Positions 60,801 through 64,000 of a stretch of DNA of 64,000 bases are shown piece by piece. Position numbers and translations under genes: made by a program. Source of the DNA: Schmidtea polychroa (lineage: Eukaryota). The notes beneath the pieces are model-generated. The model saw only the letters and a list, made by a program, of their open reading frames with translations, searched no databases and was not told where the DNA came from. Each line of letters starts with the position of its first letter. Positions within the stretch are counted from its first letter, which is position 1. The DNA lies in contig CM097886.1 of assembly GCA_044892525.1 (NCBI GenBank), forward strand, positions 153,140,001-153,204,000. The letters run 5' to 3'.

Positions 60801-63623
60801 TCATAAAGAAAAGAAGAAAAACGATCTCGATTTAAGGCGGTCAGAAATCGGCTTACGCTTTTATTATGTGAAACGCTTTAAGCGATTTTAAATTGAAATC
60901 TTTGTTGCTGTATAACTCGGAAAACACTCGGGTAATGAAGGCATACTCCAATCATAATTTACCCGTGATTTGGATGTCTAATAATAAAACCTGGGTTACG
61001 GCTACTGTTCATGAGCATTGGTTTGTCAATTATTTCTGCCCAACTATCAACGTCCCATAGAATTACTGCTAGAATAAAGTGCCTAAGCTTTCTATCATGT
61101 TTTTTATTAAAATAAATTTTTTTAAAATGGACAATAAATAGACCAAATTATGATTTGAAAATGTTCAAAAAGGCTTCTAAAAATATTTAATAACCTTTTT
61201 CGCATAGTGAGTGTTTTATAAATTTAGATTCGGGTAAAAAATTGATATTTTAAATTTACATCATGCTGGAATACTTGGAAAAGACTGAAATTTCTTGTCA
61301 AAAAATATAATTTTCAATCGTCAGTTTCTCAAGAATGATTTCAGCAAAAAGTAAACCCAAATGATCCTTAAATGGATCAATTCATACAAAAAAGAATTTT
61401 CATTAAGTTAGTGGACAGGGAAAAAAATTAAATTTTACAAAGTTTTCAGTGGGTAAAGGAACGAATAATTTCCAAGCATCGGCAGGCTGACGTGAACGTT
61501 TTAAAAGCCATTAAAAATCTAGTATTACGGAATATAAACGTCAACAAAAAAGATACCTCTAAATGTTGTTAATATTTCAAACAAATATTTACGAATAATT
61601 TACGGCTATTATTACAATTACAATTTTTCAATGCACCAATCAATTAAAGATTCGGAATCGTTTACAATGCTATAAAAGTCTAATAAATCCATGACCATTT
61701 TAAATTGTTAAAATTATTAAATATAATTAATTTAAACACAATTAAAAGTGAGTATACTATTGTACATAATAGCCCAATTTACAATATAATTGAGGAAAGG
61801 AAAATTAAACTATGCAAAATTATTAACTTCGATCAAGTTCTTCGGTATTTTAAGTCTGAAACCAAAATCACCATTACTTCTAAAAACAAATATCTAAAGT
61901 GTTAATGAAAAATCCAGGGAAGCTCATAAACGGTTCACAACGACACTGACAATAAATTATAAAGGGAAATATTCGAAACCACATTTTCTGTTCTCAAATT
62001 AGAAAAAGAAACTTGTGGTAATTAATAAATGTTTTATTGATATCAATAAAACTGGAATGTTTAATGATGAAATTATGAAGATCTACTTAAAAGTACTTCT
62101 TAGTCGACCACAAACGCGTTTCACGAGTGAGCCTGTGTTATTAATAATGGATTCGTATGGAAGTCATGTTAAATTATATAAGAGTAAATATCTTGAAAAG
62201 TACAACATATTTGTTGTGCTAATTTCACCCAATTTAACTAACCTATTGCAACCATTTTGCTACCAAATTTATAATACAATATATGATGAATACATTGCAA
62301 ACGCAATAGAAAATTTTGACATACGGACCCTCTAAGGTAATCCAAAAATTACTAATCAAAAAATAATAAGCGATTGAATAATTGATTCGATCGCCAGTGA
62401 AATCGAGAACTTCGTTATGAATGCTTTCAGTACGTAAAGAAGATTTTATGAAAAAGAATTTACATATAATATTACAAGAAAGTGTTCAAGATAATTTATT
62501 TATGATTAATTAATTCAGATTAATCCAATTCCGTTTTCAGATTAATTAAACTATTTTAAGGAAACTGGAGGTCAAAAAATCCGTTTACAAGTTTTTTTGA
62601 ATGCCTATAAAAATTAAAAGTGAAAAAGTCGTCACTAAAAAGGGTCATCAACAAGTAGTTTAAAAAGTGTTGCACGAATGGAAAATTGGAACATAACAAT
62701 TATTGATTTAGACGAGAGATTTTGCATTACTTATCTGGCGGATTCCAGAAAAGAGACGTTCTCTTGATGTATCAAACTTTAAAAAATATTTTAAAACTTT
62801 CCAAATCTAAAAATATAAATAGGCGTTATATTCGTAGGGGAGCTGTCTTCGAAAAAAAGAAAAATTTTAAAATCAAATAAAAAAATTATATTCAAATACA
62901 ACGCCTTGGCTTTATGCGTTCGGGGGGAAATTGTATATTGCAAAGAATGACCTTCACTATACAAGAGTATAATCATTACAGATAGGCGAATAATTAGCCC
63001 AATATTGTGTTCAGTGGAAGTGAAGAATGATGTCTTTGCAAAGGTTTGTAAAACCATCGTAAGTAATTCGAAATTCTGTCTTATAGAGAGCGATAACTCT
63101 CTGTATCAAAGCACAAACATGGATATAATATGTTTTTATTTCTTTTATTATTATTCGATTTAATTTATCAGAAACCAATTTCTATAAAATATGAAAATAA
63201 TGCTTAAAAATCCAATACCAATCTGTCAGTGAAACATTTCGCGTCTTTAATCAAAATCTGTTTCAGTAACTCTTCGTCTGATACAATGGAAATTGGAATA
63301 CCACCGAAATAGAATCTAAGGAATACTTTAATTGTGACAAAAATCATTGGAAATCACTAAATTACGGGTAAATTTTCCCATATTTATCCCGATTTATAAT
63401 GTCAAGTTCATAAATTCCGTTACGGATGATATCGACGAAGTTCCCTATAAAAGGCAAAGGCGGTGGACCCTGATGATCAAGTTTCTTGTGGAGATTTTGT
63501 TTCACTGTTCCTAATCTTTATTACATTATTAGTTTCATATATAATGTTAACATCTTACTTATAAATTAGAAAAATAACCACAAAACATATAAGCAGCTTA
63601 TAATCAAAGAAATATTCAATCAT
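51881..63623 (-). CDS. Cytochrome P450, clan 3 / CYP3A-like (CYP-B), 11 exons, 509 aa
   Basis: Exons: 63623-63559, 63515-63366, 63315-63219, 60205-60089, 58244-58159, 56391-56243, 56198-56068, 54609-54358, 52454-52213, 52162-52000, 51958-51881. They sum to 1530 nt in frame. Motifs: GPPPLPFIGN, WERVR, AGYETT, ESLR, FGMGPRNCVG. Eight of nine internal exons have the same length as in CYP-A. Confidence 0.92.
52824..52975. other. Assembly gap (N run)
   Basis: 152 N. Confidence 1.
57130..57484. mobile_element. hAT-type MITE
   Basis: 11-bp TIR CATGGGCGTCC / GGACGCCCATG. Flanks TTTATTAT vs CTCATTAT match at 6/8 (an eroded TSD). Confidence 0.65.
61440..62340 (+). pseudogene. pogo/Tigger (CENP-B HTH + DDE_1) transposase remnant
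   Basis: NFQASAG...RFK, LLIMDSYGSH and V.ISPNLTNLLQP. Many stops. Confidence 0.75.
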
Positions 63624-64000
63624 TTAAATTATTAATAATTACAAGGTTACCAAACTAGTAGTTATAAACATTTAAAAAATAGTTAATTTTATTCTTGATT
63701 GCAATTTAAAGGTCAAAACTTTGTGTGTTTTTGCGGCAAAATTTATGCATTTTTAATATTAATAAAGTTATTAAATTTAATTTCAAATAGCCATGTCGAA
63801 GAATATTAGCAAATTTACAGAGTTAAAAAATGAACTAAAAAATATATTCTGATTTAAACATGCCAACATTCGAATGAAAAATATCTAGTCAATTTATGTC
63901 ACAGAACTTTACAAAAATTTGAGCAGCGTTTCAATATATTTCAATGTTTAATGTCTTTGATGTATCTCATTTAAAATACGTGTTTTATTCATCTTCAATG

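Overview
This is AT-rich eukaryotic (invertebrate-type) genomic DNA, dense in transposons, with two N-gaps (17256-17456, 52824-52975). From 1 to ~5231 lies the right end of a Polinton/Maverick-like element: an intact 1262-aa protein-primed DNA polymerase B, about 1.3 kb of tiered AT-rich subterminal repeats and a ...CCCTACT terminus. Most of the rest is two tandem clan-3 (CYP3A-like) cytochrome P450 genes on the minus strand, reconstructed by hand with 11 exons each and both in frame. CYP-A spans 45391->6797 (518 aa, 38.6 kb) and CYP-B spans 63623->51881 (509 aa, 11.7 kb). Their introns are either 41-50 bp or 0.7-13.7 kb, and each paralogue uses one GC-AG intron at a different position. The long introns hold an intact hAT-like transposon inside a (TA)n tract, an intact Tc1/IS630 DD34E element, a compact Gypsy element with 100-bp LTRs and an intronless PSMA6 fragment. 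They also hold a hAT deletion derivative, MULE, mariner, Penelope, Charlie and pogo remnants, and several MITEs. Nearly all intronic coding TEs lie antisense to the CYP genes. Family assignments rest on motif recognition only; no database searches were run.
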